From NCBI GenBank assembly GCA_964658305.1, contig OZ210885.1, positions 25,730,001 to 25,794,000 on the forward strand: a stretch of 64,000 nt of DNA, read 5' to 3'. Below are positions 27,457 through 41,025 of this stretch, in pieces. The notes beneath the pieces are model-generated. The model had not been told where the DNA came from. It was given only the letters and a program-made list of their open reading frames with translations, and did no database searches. The stretch comes from Leptogorgia sarmentosa. Lineage: Eukaryota. A program made the translations under genes and the position numbers. The number at the start of each line of letters is the position of its first letter. Positions within the stretch are counted from its first letter, which is position 1.

Positions 27457-27854
27457 TTGAATGGTTGTTGCAATAGTAATTCTGCTCAGTACGAAAGGAA
27501 CCGCAGATTCAGACAATTGGCTCATGCGCTTGCCTGAAAAGACAATGGTGCAAAGCTACCATCTGTTGGATTATGATTGAACGCCTCTAAATCAGAATCC
27601 GAGCTAGAACGCAACGATTCCTTTCTCTGGACAACTTGCGCGAACAAGAATAGTGGCACGACTCGTTGTGCCTCCTGTGTCACAACGTGCCCACGGTGCG
27701 GACTACGCACCACGGGCACTGCAATGATCAAAATCTAAATTTTCCAGACCTAAATCCTTTGCAGACGACTTAAATAAAGAACATGGTATTGTAAGTAGTA
27801 GAGTAGCCTTGTCGCTACGATCTACTGAGATTAAGCCCTTGTTCTAAGATTTGT
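24238..27854 (+). rRNA. 28S rRNA, full length, R2 site empty, probably a pseudogene
   Basis: ACCCGCTGAATTTAAGCAT through CTGAGATTAAGCC; intact R2 target TTAAGGTAGCCAAA at ~26731; substitutions at positions conserved in the other copies. Confidence 0.95.
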
Positions 27855-27867
27855 CCTTCTTGTCCTT

Positions 27868-28181
27868 CGACATGCCAGACCGATCGCGCGAGTCACCAGC
27901 CAGGCACGCGTCGCAGTGCCACGGTCGCCGTCGGGCTATACGAGCACTAGGCTTAACAACCAGCCGCAAGGCCCGGCTCACCTTCCTCATGTCCTTGTCA
28001 CCCGTCGGCAACCGACGCTGACGCTCGCTCGCCAGAAGTGCGCCGCCCGCGCATCGCATCCCCACAAGTCTCGTCCGTGCGGATCGAGAGCGCACGCGTC
28101 GCGAAGCGCGAACGGGTGAATCTAGCAGGGCGAATTGCTAACTCCATTCGCTTCCCTTGCAACGGTTTCACATACTTTTTA

Positions 28182-28240
<59 letters not shown>

Positions 28241-28576
28241 GTGCCTGTATTTAGCTTTAGGTGGAGTTTACCACCCGTTTTGGGCTGCATTGCCAAACAA
28301 CCCGACTCTTCGAAAGCACATCGCGAGCGCTCGGGCATTGCCACGCACGGGGTTGTCACCCTCTATGACGTGCAGTTCCAAGCAACTTAGGTATGCCCGA
28401 TGCGCAGGGAAAGTACTTCTCGAACCTACAATTCGCCGTTCCAGCAAAACGGAGATTTTCAAGTTGAGCTATTCCCTCTTCATTCGCAATTACTGGTGGA
28501 ATCCTTGTTAGTTTCTTTTCCTCCGCTTAGCAATATGCTTAAATTCAGCGGGTGATCTTGCCTGATCTGAGGTAAA
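27868..28576 (-). rRNA. 28S 5' fragment (D1-D2), inverted; ITS2 continues to ~28730
   Basis: Reverse complement of ~24238-24941. Confidence 0.93.
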
Positions 28577-28730
28577 GTGGATGATGTGTGGAATGAATGA
28601 ATGAACGAACGACAAACGTCGCGCTCGCAAGGACAAAAATCGTTTTGGGCCTTGTTTGCACAACACACGGGCGTCGCACATGCTGCACTTCGAGGGACGC
28701 TCGTTGGAACGATCGACAACCTCATTCAAG

Positions 28731-31700
28731 CGCAAGAATTAGCCAGGCAAGAATTCACGGAACTGGCTAAGGGACAGGGAAGTTTGCCTCCAGAAGATAT
28801 TGTGTATCCTAGTCCAGTTTCGCCACAGGTGAAAGAAGGCATTTTGCCAGCTCAACATCAAACCATTAACATAAGAAGTTCACGACCTAATTCGAGTCGA
28901 ATTTCTGCGTCTCAAACCAAGCCGCAGTTATTAAGGCAACAACCACCAACAAATGTATCTTCAGATTTCAGTAATCCAACACTCTTAAATACCCTTGTAA
29001 CCACCATGGAAAAGATTAGTGTATCACATGACCTCCCAGTAATCGAAATACAAAAATTTGATGGGTCTCCCCAAAGGTATCCTGTCTTTCGCCATCGTTT
29101 TGACCAGATGGTCTATTCGAAGCCCATCGATGAGTCGCTGAAAATGTCTCGTTTACTCCAACTCTTCGAAGGTCCACCATTAGAAGCTGTAAGAAGATAC
29201 GAGGGTGTTAGTGGAGGTCTTGCTAAGTCTCTTAAGCTTCTTGAGGAGCGTTTTGGCCAACCTTGTCAAATTGTACGTGCATGTGTGGATACGCTCACAA
29301 AGGGCCCAAACATAGCTTCGAATGAAAATGAGGCATTACAGAAGTTTGCTGATGAAGCACAAGTAATGTTTGATACATTAGAGTCAATGAATTGCCTTGC
29401 TGAAATGAACGTTGATAACCTAGAAAGAATGATTTCACGCTTACCTAAATGGATGCAGTCCAGGTTTGCGGAACACCTTAAGAAACTTGAACATGGCGGC
29501 CGAATTATGCCTACCTTTAAGGATGTCGTTAACTTCTTAAAAGAGCGTGCAAACGTTGCTAATCACCCTTTCTTTAGTAATTCACTGAGGGGGAGTAAAG
29601 AGAATAAGAGTTCTAATAGAAGTACTAAACAACGCGAAATGGGGCAAACTATTCTTAATACCAATGCCAATCCAAAGTTACCTGAACATGACAATCCGTT
29701 ATGTCCAATGTGCACCAAACCTCACCCGTTGTACCGATGTGCTGTATTTAAATCCAAATCAGCAGAAGAACGAGGCGAATTCGTTAAAAGAAGTGGAATC
29801 TGTTTCAACTGCATCAACTCAGGAGGTCATACGTCACGTTTATGCAAATCTAAGTTTCGTTGTCAAGTTCCAGAATGTGGTAAGACACATCATACACTGT
29901 TACACAGATCAACTCCTGTTAAAGTTACTCAGACCGCGGAGATTGGTACAAGTACACATGACCTTACAAGCGTGTCATCCCATTCTCAAGATCCAAAAGT
30001 TCAGTATCATGTAGATAGTTCCAAGGAGGTCTTATTACAGGTAGTACCCGTAAACGTTACCAATGGTGAAGGGAAAGTGATTACTACCTACGGGCTAATT
30101 GATTCAGGGTCCGATGTAACATTAATCGACCAATCGCTTGTCCAACAACTCCAGCTTAAAGGAGTATCAGACAAACTCCACTTTTCTACAATTAATTCTA
30201 GTGAGGTTGAAGAAGCAGGAGTTAAGGTCGAGTTCAAGATAGGTGCAATTGACGGTGACGGTGATCCTGTTGATGTGCAAGGCGCTTGGTCCATCAAGGA
30301 TCTTAATATTCCGTTGAAACATCAGACCATTCATCGAAACATTGGTCAGTGGCCACATTTAAAACACGTACCATTTCCTGTGGTTCAACGAAATAAAATA
30401 TCTATCCATATTGGAACAGATGTTCAGGAAGCGTTCATACCTTTAGAAGTCAGTAAAGGTATGCCTAGTGAGCCGTTGGCGATACGATCCTGCCTAGGTT
30501 GGAGCATCCTTGGTAATTGTAGTAAGATGGTGAACCCCTCGAGTAGACAAGGTTTTCTTATCAACCATGTTAGCCAAATTTCCCTTGATAACCAACTGGA
30601 GAAGTTTTGGCAGATTGAATCATATGGCGTAAAACCATGTGAACAGTTGGCAATGTCTCTAGAAGATCGTCACGCCATGAAAGTGATTGAAAACACTATC
30701 TTGAAGTCTGATGGACATTACCAGATGGGTTTATTGTGGAAGGAAGAGAGTCGATGCATGCCATCTAACCGGCCTTTAGCTGAAGCACGACTAAGCGTTT
30801 ACTTCGAGATCCACAACTGAAGGCCAAATATAGAGCTATTATAGATGATTACGTTGTCAATGGTTATGCTAGAAAGTTAAATCAAGAAGAAGTTAATTCA
30901 AGAAGTGATGTTACATGGTATCTTCCACATCATCCAGTGTTAAATCCTAAAAAGCCTGGTAAAGTAAGGATAGTATTTGATGGAGCAGCTAGATTTAAGG
31001 ATACTTCTTTGAATGACCATCTTCTCCATGGCCCTAATTTAATGAATGATTTGGTGTTTCATCAAGTGAGAGTAGTTGATGAGGACACAGATGCCCTGAG
31101 GTTCCTATGGTGGAGTGAAGATCTAGACAGACCACCTGATGAATATAAAATGCTTGTCCATATTTTTGGTGCTGCTTCCTCACCCTGTTGCGCTAACAAG
31201 GCTTTGAAGACCACCGCAAGTGATAATGCAGACAAGTATCACCCTGAAGTTATTCACACCGCACAACGAGAGTTTTATGTCGATGATTTGTTAACATCTG
31301 TTCCGACGGTCGACAAGGCAGTATGGTTGGCAGAACAATCGAGAGCTTTACTGAACGAAGGAGGGTTCCGATTAACAAAGTTTGTCAGCAACAGACGTGA
31401 TGTCCTTGCAGCAATTCCTCAAGAAGATAGAGCGGACCCAAACCTGAATTTGGATTTAGATGACATGCCGATCACCCGAGTGCTTGGACTCTATTGGAAT
31501 GCACAATCCGATACCTTCCATTTTAAGACCATCCTCTGTGACAAACCACGTACCAAACGGGGCATACTTTCGATGGTTAGCTCTCTCTATGATCCACTCG
31601 GATTATTAAGTCCCTTCACAATTAAAGCAAAGGTGTTACTACAAGATCTTTGGAGGATCGGAGTTACCTGGGATGAAGAAATTGAAGGAAGTTTACTTGA

Positions 31701-33339
31701 AAGATGGCGAGATTGGCAAGAAGACTTGGAGAATCTCAGCAAAGTGGCAATAGCAAGATATTATCAAGCACCATATCTTCAGCAGCCTATCGAGTTCCAG
31801 TTACATCACTTCTCTGACGCGTCCCGAGTTGCCTATGCATCCGTTTCCTTCTTAAGAATGTCCGACGCAATTGGTAATATTCATTGCGCTTCTCTAATTG
31901 GTAAAAGTCGCAATGCTCCACTACGAGATTGGTCCATTCCTCGCCTAGAATTGCAGGCTGCTGTTTTAGCGTGTCGATTACACAAACTAATCGAAGATGA
32001 GTTGGACTTAGTGATTTCATCGACATATTTCTGGTCGGATTCCACGACAACCCTTCAGTACATTAAGAACACGAAGCAACGTTTTCATGCATTTGTTGCA
32101 AACCGTCTAAACGAAATCCACAATACTTCAGCACCTTCTCAATGGAGACACGTACCTGGTCCTCTCAATCCGGCTGATGATAGATCAAGAGGTATGAATA
32201 TCTCAGCTTTGGTTTCAAGTGGTAGATGGTGGCATGGTCCTGCATTCTTGTTGAAGAATGAAGAGTACTGGCCAACTTCCACGTACACACGTACATGATG
32301 TTCCTGACAGCGACAAAGAGATCCAGTCAACAAGACAAGTGTCTGTTCTTACCTCAGAATGTTCAATATTTCAATTCTTACAACGTTTTTCCTCGTGGTC
32401 CAAGTTACAGATCATGATGGCGTGGCTATTACGTTTTCTCCACTACGTGACAAACCCGCACAATAGGACGAAAACATCTTCAATCAACATCACTGAAGTA
32501 TGTGAAGCCACTATTCAAATTGTTCGTTTGCTACAGATGCACCATTTTCCCGAAGAAGTAGAAGCATTACAAGATCCAAAATCCAAAGGTGTTCTAACTC
32601 GAAGTAAGTTGGTTACTTTAAACCCTATTATGATAGACGGAATCATTCGAGTTGGAGGAAGATTGAAACATGCACCTATATCGTATGAAGCAAAGCACCC
32701 CATGATCCTTCCCAGTAATGACCATGTGTCCACATTAATTATCCGTCATTATCACGAAATTCTTGGCCACGCTGGACGTGAACATGTTTTGTCATTCGTA
32801 AGACAAAGATTTTGGATACTTGGCGCAAGAACACTTACTCGTCGTATACTACGTAAATGTATATCTTGTCGAAAGCGAAGTGAAGCAACAATGAAGCAGA
32901 TAATGTCGGATCTTCCAGCAGAAAGATTAGTTTCGTATGAGCCCCCATTTACATACACTGGCGTTGACTTTTTCGGACCCTTCTTTGTTAAAAGAGGACG
33001 ATCTAGTGAGAAGGTATACGCGTGTATATTTGTATGTTTCAACACTCGAGCAATTCATATTGAAGATGTCAGCTCATTGGAAACAGACACGTTCATTCAA
33101 GCACTTCGAAGATTTATTTCCAACAGAGGCACTCCTAAACAAATTTGGAGCGATAATGGCACAAACTTTCGTGGGGCAGAGAAGGAACTTCAAGTGTCAA
33201 TCCAAAGTTGGAAACAAGAATCCATCAAAGCAGCAATGAGATTAAAGGAAGTGGGATGGGAAATGTGTCCTATTTCGCAATGGCAGTTTCAACCTCCATT
33301 AGCCAGCCATATGAACGGTGTTTGGGAACGTTTAATTAG
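28731..33339 (+). mobile_element. BEL/Pao retrotransposon 3, internal fragment without LTRs
   Basis: Gag (IQKFDGSP, CCHC), protease LIDSGS, RT KVRIVFDGA and FYVDD, RNase H HHFSDAS and SIPRLELQA, integrase GVDFFGP and SDNGTNF, broken after GVWERLIR. Confidence 0.93.
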
Positions 33340-33530
33340 AAACTCCCAACCTGACAGTGTCTTCGGCTCGGATCGACCGGCAGAAGAGCGATCTTAATGC
33401 TAGAAAGTGGACGGTTTAGGTCCAGCTCCGCTTCACCGAATAAGTAAAAAAACGATAAGAGTAGTGGTATTTCACCGACGGATTGCTCCTCCCACTTATT
33501 CTACACCTCTCATGTTTTTTCACAGAGTCA

Positions 33531-33568
<38 letters not shown>

Positions 33569-33575
33569 GTTGCTG

Positions 33576-33625
<50 letters not shown>

Positions 33626-33633
33626 TGGGAATG

Positions 33634-33684
<51 letters not shown>
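33340..33684 (-). rRNA. 28S fragment downstream of the R2 site
   Basis: Reverse complement of TAGCCAAATGCC...GTCAGGTTGGGAGTTT. Confidence 0.95.
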
Positions 33685-35644
33685 TTGAATATTGTATTTG
33701 AAATTCCAAATTTAATACATTCGGGCATGAGAAATGCAGCCCTCACATCTTTAAATAATAAAAAAAAGTAGAATAAATAAATATTTACATAGGCACTTGT
33801 GGCCATTTGTTATGTCCGTTCACGGATTGCACTTATCTCAATTTCATCTCCTTATAAACGTTCATTTCAACATCCTTTTTCAGAGAGTTAACAGTTCAGT
33901 CGTTCATTATCATTTCCAGGAGTTGTTATTGCTTCATCTTCTTCCTCATTGCTTCCATTGTTCGTAATGTCTTCCCTGCATCGGTAAGTTGAGTTCTTGT
34001 AATCCAGCCAGCATTTGAAACCTTTTTCCATGACAATCAATCCCAACAGTTGTATTTGTCTTTCTCCTATCCCTAAGCTGTTCTTTAGGAGATTGAACGA
34101 TGACACAGCCAAGGCTCCCCTCCAGTTAAAGCTTATAGAGGAGATAACAGCCGAGGCTGCGCCACTCGCTTTCTTTGCCCAGTCACGGACATGCTCGGTG
34201 TTATAGTGTTCTATTTTACGCCTATGTACAAGCTCCAGGTCTGCATTATCGGCCGCCACTGTTACATCAACTATGTAACAGGAACAGCCATCCTTCCACG
34301 CTATGATGTCAGGTCGCCGCAATCCTGCAGGCGTTGGAATGCCAGGTTCCACTAGCACGGACCAATGATTCTTTATCAAAATTTTTTACAGTCCGTGCAA
34401 GGACCGAGTTGTGTCGGTCGATTCTAGCACCATTCGTTCTGGGGCAGACCTGAAGGATGTGACCTAAAGACTCGGTGCGGCCACACGCATCGTAGGCCAC
34501 ATTCCTCTGTGGATGGCCTGTAGCCATTCGTGCAGCAGCAGCCATCAGGTTTCCCCTTATTTTAACGGTGCCGATATAGTTAGCGCCTGACATTTGGTGA
34601 GTAGGAAATTCTACCCACCTTTGTACCAGGGAAACTTTACTGCTCTGCTTCAGACCCCTACCGTCCACAGACTCGTGCAACCCGCGATTCAAAGCACGCT
34701 TCAAACCGTTTTTATCGCACACTGGTATGTCACTAACTAATTGCGGCACCGAGTCTCTCTCGAGCATACCCATGACATTTGAAGCCTCAACTGCAGCAGC
34801 GACCGTCGGATCATTCACAGGACGAAATGCACACCTATAATACACTACAAAATCCAGCTTAAAGGCGCATTTTAATGGTGTTTAGTTTCATTTAATGTCG
34901 CGATTTAAAGACTTAAAATATGTCTTTATACACCTTTTGTCGTTTACACTAAAGGTGTTAACTGTGTCATTAGCACTCCGGAACAATATGCTACTAAAGT
35001 TTACTAATTTGACCTTTAGCATGGGCACTTAAAGGCTTCTTAAAGTGATGCAAAGCAATATATAATTACCTTTAATTTGCGAGTAATGTTTCAATAATGT
35101 CGCATTTAATTCGATTCAATCAGAGTCGATTAAAGATGATTAATAAAGGTATTAAAGATTGAGTAAAGCGATATAAAAGAAAAGTTTATTATCTTCATAT
35201 GTTGCTTAAATTTGGTGTAAAGACAGCTGCTATTCGCTTTCATTTCACAGTATAGGTGCGAAATGCCTAACTAAGTAGCTGTATTTGGGCCAACATTATA
35301 TTCATAAATATCTAAACAAAAGTGTATTACTACCCGAAAAGAGCAAAGAATGGATTTATAATTCATCATGGCTATGAGGAATCTGAAAGATGAATGTTTA
35401 GCATTTGCGTTATCGGCGTACGTTATATAGCTTTGGTTCAAGCAAAAGATCTCACCAAGTCAACAGTTAGTGTGACATCAAAATATTTATTTTAAAACTC
35501 TGATCAATCTTATAAATACACATACTACAATAACTACAATACACGTTTATAATAAAGTACATTGCGTTTCACCATGCAGTTGCAAGTGGAAATGAATACA
35601 ACACTTCAGTTAGACATACGGCGAGCTAGCTAGCAACTTTTAAA

Positions 35645-35848
35645 GGGCCTGTTACACGATGCAATTTTTCTTGCAACTTGCAACGCAATTCCGCTCTTAA
35701 CAGATGTAAATTAGTGAAGGCTGTTTCATTTGTGAAGAATTCAATAGGAAAATCTGATAAAGGCTCGTGCGTATTTGCCAATTTCACATCTATCAACAGT
35801 GGAATTGCGTTGCAAGTTGCAAGAAAAATTGCATCGTGTAACAGGGTC
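35645..35848. mobile_element. Harbinger-type MITE
   Basis: ~50-bp inverted arms (G)GCCTGTTACACGATGCAATTTTTCTTGCAAC; TA-rich flanks. Confidence 0.75.
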
Positions 35849-36646
35849 TTAAGTGTCAAGTTTTTATATGACAAGTTCCATTTCCAAATTGCAACGTCAT
35901 AACCAACAATGCGTCATTCGGTCCATACCTTCACTGTTGAGGCTAGCGAATGGAATTTGTCAAATAAAATTGTGACAGAGGCTAAATTTGCCATATAAAA
36001 ACTTGAAACTGTCTTCGCTGTTAGTGGCATTAAATAAACACGGCAAAGAACAATGAGTGTGAGTGTTAAAATGTGCTAAACCCCAAGTTGTCCATATGCC
36101 CAAGTACTGCTTATATGTATCTTCAGAACATATATACTGTACATACAAGCTCACCGAGAAACATTAAGGTCCTCTACAATATTGCCTTCATTATTTTGAG
36201 CAACACATGCCCAGTCAGGACAGGTTGGCGGTTTTGATCTTGCTGACGCATCTCCTTCCTGTCTAGGAACAACAATTCTTTTGGATAGACCAGGCAGCGA
36301 TTCGCTGTGACATTTGTCGAGCTTCCTTTTTGACCGTCGCAACTCTCTGCTCTCCCAGGAAAGTTTCCGTACGTTATAATGCCGCACCTTCTGAGATTCT
36401 TCGTCAATTTCGCTCTCCTCTGACGACATATATTCCATCCGCATGACATCTGCAACCTTCGCCACTCTCTCCTGGCTCCAGTTCATTTTGGCGATAGCTT
36501 TCAATCTTCGTGCCAATTTCTTTGAGTAAAAAAAAAACTATGCTTAGATCAAGGCTATAGTCTTTTGTGGATATATGGAGACGGAAATTAACGTTTACGA
36601 ACGTGTCCGAAAATACCTACGACGTTTGGTACTGTAGTTTAGTTAA

Positions 36647-36857
36647 GGCCGGTTTACACTGCACAACTTTTGCTTACAACTGTCGCATGCAATGCGCTTA
36701 CAACTCAAATTGTGCAATGTAAATTAACCCCACAACTCGCTACGGTAGTTCGATGCAACACGAAAAAAGTTGTGGGCTTTTGAAAGCATGCTTTTTTACA
36801 ACCATCAGAAGAAAAAGTTGTAAGCAAAAGTTGTATGGTGTAAAGTGTAAACCGACC
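36647..36857. mobile_element. Harbinger-type MITE
   Basis: GGCCGGTTTACACT...AGTGTAAACCGACC inverted ends and an internal inverted ACAACTTTTGCTTACAAC. Confidence 0.7.
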
Positions 36858-37217
36858 TTTATAAAATCATTGTACAGTGTCAAGGTCAGTAATAACAAGC
36901 CAAGGTCAGAATCAAACTAGGGTAATTTTGGAGGTTTACAAATTAATATCTTTTTCACTCAACGGACCGGGTGTGACTTGCAGAATAAGGGTGGATTGCA
37001 GAGGCAAAATAACACATAAATAATGATCATTGCAACAAACCTCTTCTTTTCGACTTCTTCGTCTACAAGTCTGGTTGTGTTGTTGATCTTGCCCATTAAC
37101 TGCTCTCTTTTCCTTCTCTATATAAAAATATAATTATATATTTGCTGCATCTTCTGTTCATCTTTAGCATTTACTTTAGCATACTGTATATAAGAGCAGT
37201 TTCTACAGAGTAATGTA

Positions 37218-37612
37218 TAGATCATGACCAAGATCATGACAAGATCATGACAAGAACATGGCAAGTTTGTGCAAGATCATGGGAATTTCTTGCAGGATCT
37301 TACAAAGGTCTTGGGGATCTTGCAAGATTTTGACATGATCGTGGTAAAATCATGGTAAGAAAATGACAGATTCATGCCATGATCATGGCAAGAACATTAC
37401 ATGATCTTGGTAAGATCATGACAACATCTTGAAAAGAACTTGGCAAGAACATGACAAGAACATGGCAATTTCTTGCAGGATCATGGCAATTTCTTGCAGG
37501 ATCTTGCAAAGGTCTTGGAGGTTCTTGCAGGATTTAGACATGATCATGGCATGATCATGGTAAGATCTTGATAAGATCTTGCCAAGAATCTTGCCAAGAT
37601 TGTCAACCTGGG
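37218..37612. repeat. Degenerate array of CATGACAAGAT/CTTGCAAGAT units ending ...GTCAACCTGGG; likely one end of a non-autonomous DNA transposon
   Basis: Direct reading; only one CCCAG-type terminus seen. Confidence 0.6.
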
Positions 37613-38461
37613 TTGCTAGCCATAATTAAATCAGCTGACAAGTAAAATCATCTGCCCTTCATTACAGAGAGGAAAATATATGAAAACAGGAAACATTTGC
37701 ATTGCTGCATTGCCACTTACTGAGGCAACATGGGGCTTAGTTTTGCTAACCTGCTAAAGTTATATGCATCTAGCTTTTAATACAATAGAAAGAATTAATG
37801 TATTATCTTCCGCTGTACATACTGTAATACATAGGACTGATGTAGCCACCTAAATGTATTGCTTATTATCACATGATTAAAAAATCAAGCCCTTGTAAAC
37901 AATCTAGTAAATTTACCTTTCATTCAATCTGAAAGTGAAATTCTCATCAGCAGCTTTGAGAGATTTGAGTTTTCTTCGAACATTGTTCTAATAAACAAAA
38001 AATGTAAAAAATGAATCAATTGACCCTGGTAGTGTTCAAACTACATATACAAATATACAACCTGGTAGATTTTGACCAACCTCAATATGTGGCCAGTATA
38101 GATAGAAAATAACAAAATCAATATTAAAGTATTGTTTAGGTGGCAAGTAAACCTTTTGCTTCTTATTGATAGATTTTTATAGTATATTGAGATTTGTTCA
38201 CAATGTATTAACAAAATGCTATTTCTGAACTAATGTACATAAATGTTGACTTATAAATGTGACTACAAATTTATAAGTTAAGTTTTCAAGCCAATTCACA
38301 TTGATTTCTGATGATCGCAGATCGAAACTATAAATCAAGCTAAACTTATGTGATTCATGAACTCTTGTTTTGAAATGTGTTTCATTTGGACGTTCATTCA
38401 AACCTCAAATAATCGAATTCTGTAAGCTTTTGGTGATATTTCTTGTGCAAAGCTGGTTGAA

Positions 38462-41002
38462 ATGGCGCATTTAAACCAGTCCTTCCTCACAGCAAGTGGC
38501 GCACTTGCTACCAGAGGGATGCGCAGCTTTCTGGATGTATCAAACCCAGTGTCATCAGAAGCTACACAGAATCAATCGAATGCTAGACAAAGGCGACTAT
38601 CAAGACCGAATAATGTAGAGGAACTGCGTCGTAAACGTCGACGACGAAATAAAAAAATTAAAGAGAAAAAACACAAAGTCTCCAAAAATGCGAGGCAAAG
38701 ACGCCTGGAGGACAAGCTAAAGGCTCAAATAATTGGTGAAGTTAAGGCAGCAACTCGCGCCTCTATATCACAGATACGATCGCAGGCGGAGTTTTACTGG
38801 AGAAAATGGAAGGAGGAAAGACTTTTGCGTAAAATGGATTGTCGTGTGTAAGTGCACATTTATAGTGTTCATTTCTCATACTGTGAATGATATATATAAT
38901 ATAATATAATATATACATGTACATGTACAGTAGGTCACTTTTCCTTTTTTAAGTCCATTTTTGTCAATGTGGTTAGCCCCTTCACTGAAAAATCATTAAA
39001 AAAGGCCCAGTACTGCCAAGGTCTGAAACAATTACATGGGGCAACTTTCAGGCCAGGGATTGAATTCAGCCCTGTATTGAAAAATTACTCATGTACATAT
39101 CACACATGCTATTTAGTTCAAGGGATTAATCTTGAAGACAGGGCTGAATTTTCTTCTCTGTCAACAGGGCTAAATTTAACCCCAGGGTTGAAAAATGCTC
39201 CATGTAATCAAGTTCTAAGAAAATGAGCTTTTAACAGCAAGACAAATATCGATACAAAATTGTTCTCTTGTTGTTAGAACCTGGTAACTATGTTAATTGC
39301 TCTTTTAATGGTTGCTTCACACCTGCCCACATATGATTATTAATTTATGAAAATATTCCACTGGCAAACTGCAAAACATTTTGCTGTTGCAGGTATTAAA
39401 TGGAGATCATAGCAACTTAATGCTCAACAGACTATCTTGTTTACTTCAAAAAGTTGATAATCTGTTTCTACTTGAGCCTAAAAACATCTGAAAATTATAA
39501 CTGATTTGCATTTTTTATGTTATACCACACACTGACTTTGTTAATGTTTATATCTTTAAATATATTTAAACACTTTGTTTTTACACATGAAATTGAAATT
39601 CAAAATTTGAAAAAGATAACAGATGTAGACGATAAAGTTGGTGAAGGAACATTTGGTATTTGTTCGAAGCAGCATTATAGAGGATTTATGGTTGCAGTAA
39701 AGCAGTATAAAGGTCGAACAAGCAAAAGTGATGTAGAGAAAGAAGCCATGATGATGAATTCATTTGATCACCCAGGTATGAGAGTATTTTCTTAATTGTG
39801 TTGCATTGCTTCTTATCCCATTAAACCCAAAAGTGGTATTTGCCTTTGTCTGACACCAATCAAATTTTACCAGTCAGTGGCAGAGTATTGCTGGTCAATG
39901 AATGAGACAACAAGAACAACATACAGTATAATTTATGAACATATGTCAATTCTCACACATATCAGGGGTATTTAAGGTTTTGGGAGTTGGGTGGGAGCTC
40001 CCCCCAAATTTTCAAAATCTATTTCTTATTAATACATAATTCTGAGACGACCTTAGTTAAAACATTATACTGTCAAATAGAGATTTTAATAAATATCAAT
40101 CCAGTAACTATAACAAATACAGATAATAAGTGGTACAAAATTCAGTGAGGTCAGATGCTAACAACACTTGCATGGAGTTATATTAGGAACAAAAGAATAA
40201 TTGTTTTATAGAAGCTCACCTTTTAAAACAAACCTGATCTGGGGGGAATGTTGCCCCCCAAAATTTAGCTTTTTTAAGATTTGGGTGGAATATCGAATTT
40301 TGGGGGGGAATTGCCCCCCCCCCCTGCATATGGTAGCCTATAGGGCTGTAGAATATGTGTGTACCGAATATACATATTGCTTTCATTTAACTTCAATATG
40401 TTGCCACTGTAGCTAGGAGCTTAAATATAAAATATAACCATGTAGTTTACAATTTTATGTTTTTATTATCTTATTAAGGTTTACCTTTTCTATTTGGAGT
40501 CCATATCCAGGCCAAACCATATCTACTTGTGACAGAATTTCATGGAATTGATGGGCAGTGTGTCACGATTGGTCATGCAGCGAAGAACCTGTCTCTAAAC
40601 ATTTTGGAATGGGCAGCTATCCTGGAAAGATGTGCTAATGCTCTTGCTCACATACATGGTAAAGGTTTTGTGCATTGTGATATTAAGGATAATATTATTT
40701 TGCAAAACAGCTGCGCCATTCGTGAGCCTGTTATTATTGACTTTGGTAAAATGAAGAGGGCTGGGAATACTAGAATTTACAAATATTATAAGCACATAGC
40801 ACCGGAAATAATTTGGGGTAGAAGTGCACCATCTCCAGCTAGTGACATATATTCATTTGGTCAAATAATTTCTTTGGTTGTCTATTACACTAAATCGTCA
40901 CATTTACAGAAAATAGCCAAGAAATGTATTAACGGTACACCTGAAAGACGCCCTAAAACTGTCAACGTAGCATTAGAGTTGAAAGAAATTCATAGAAATT
41001 AA
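38462..41002 (+). CDS. Spliced eukaryotic-type protein kinase carried inside the EnSpm-like element (possibly decayed)
   Basis: Exons 38462-~38847 (basic N-terminus), ~39580-39775 (GEGTFG, VAVK, EKEA) and 40479-41002 (HCDIK-DN, IIDFG, IAPE, SDIYSFG). The phase-1 splice CCAG|gt..ag|GT joins the last two exons in frame. The link to exon 1 is inferred. Confidence 0.8.
39030..39212. mobile_element. Degenerate MITE in kinase intron
   Basis: ATTACATGG...CCATGTAAT ends and inverted CAGCCCTG/CAGGGCT motifs. Confidence 0.5.
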
Positions 41003-41025
41003 CCAGGCAAGTGACAAAACCATAC

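Larger units (their letters stand above)
36151..37988 (-). pseudogene. 3' exons of the EnSpm-like second (accessory) ORF
   Basis: Exons ~37988-37917, ~37120-37041 and ~36520-36151 with GT-AG sites. Terminal exon motif YMSSEES..V..L.W.S..L...KLD...R....S.R..P...P.WA is typical of CMC accessory ORFs. Confidence 0.6.

Noticed and set aside
28601..28730. N-terminus of the 739-aa ORF
   Set aside because: It is antisense ITS2 fused by chance in frame to truncated BEL gag, not a real start.
23637..28735. Many short ORFs over rDNA (also 46185-47909, 50841-54110, 60258-61749)
   Set aside because: Chance frames in rRNA and spacer sequence; no protein motifs.
37218..37612. Possible CRISPR or coding repeat
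   Set aside because: Degenerate short-unit array with no spacers or ORF; fits transposon subterminal repeats.
39962..40348. Possible hAT-like MITE with G/C runs in the kinase intron
   Set aside because: TIR and TSD could not be defined reliably.
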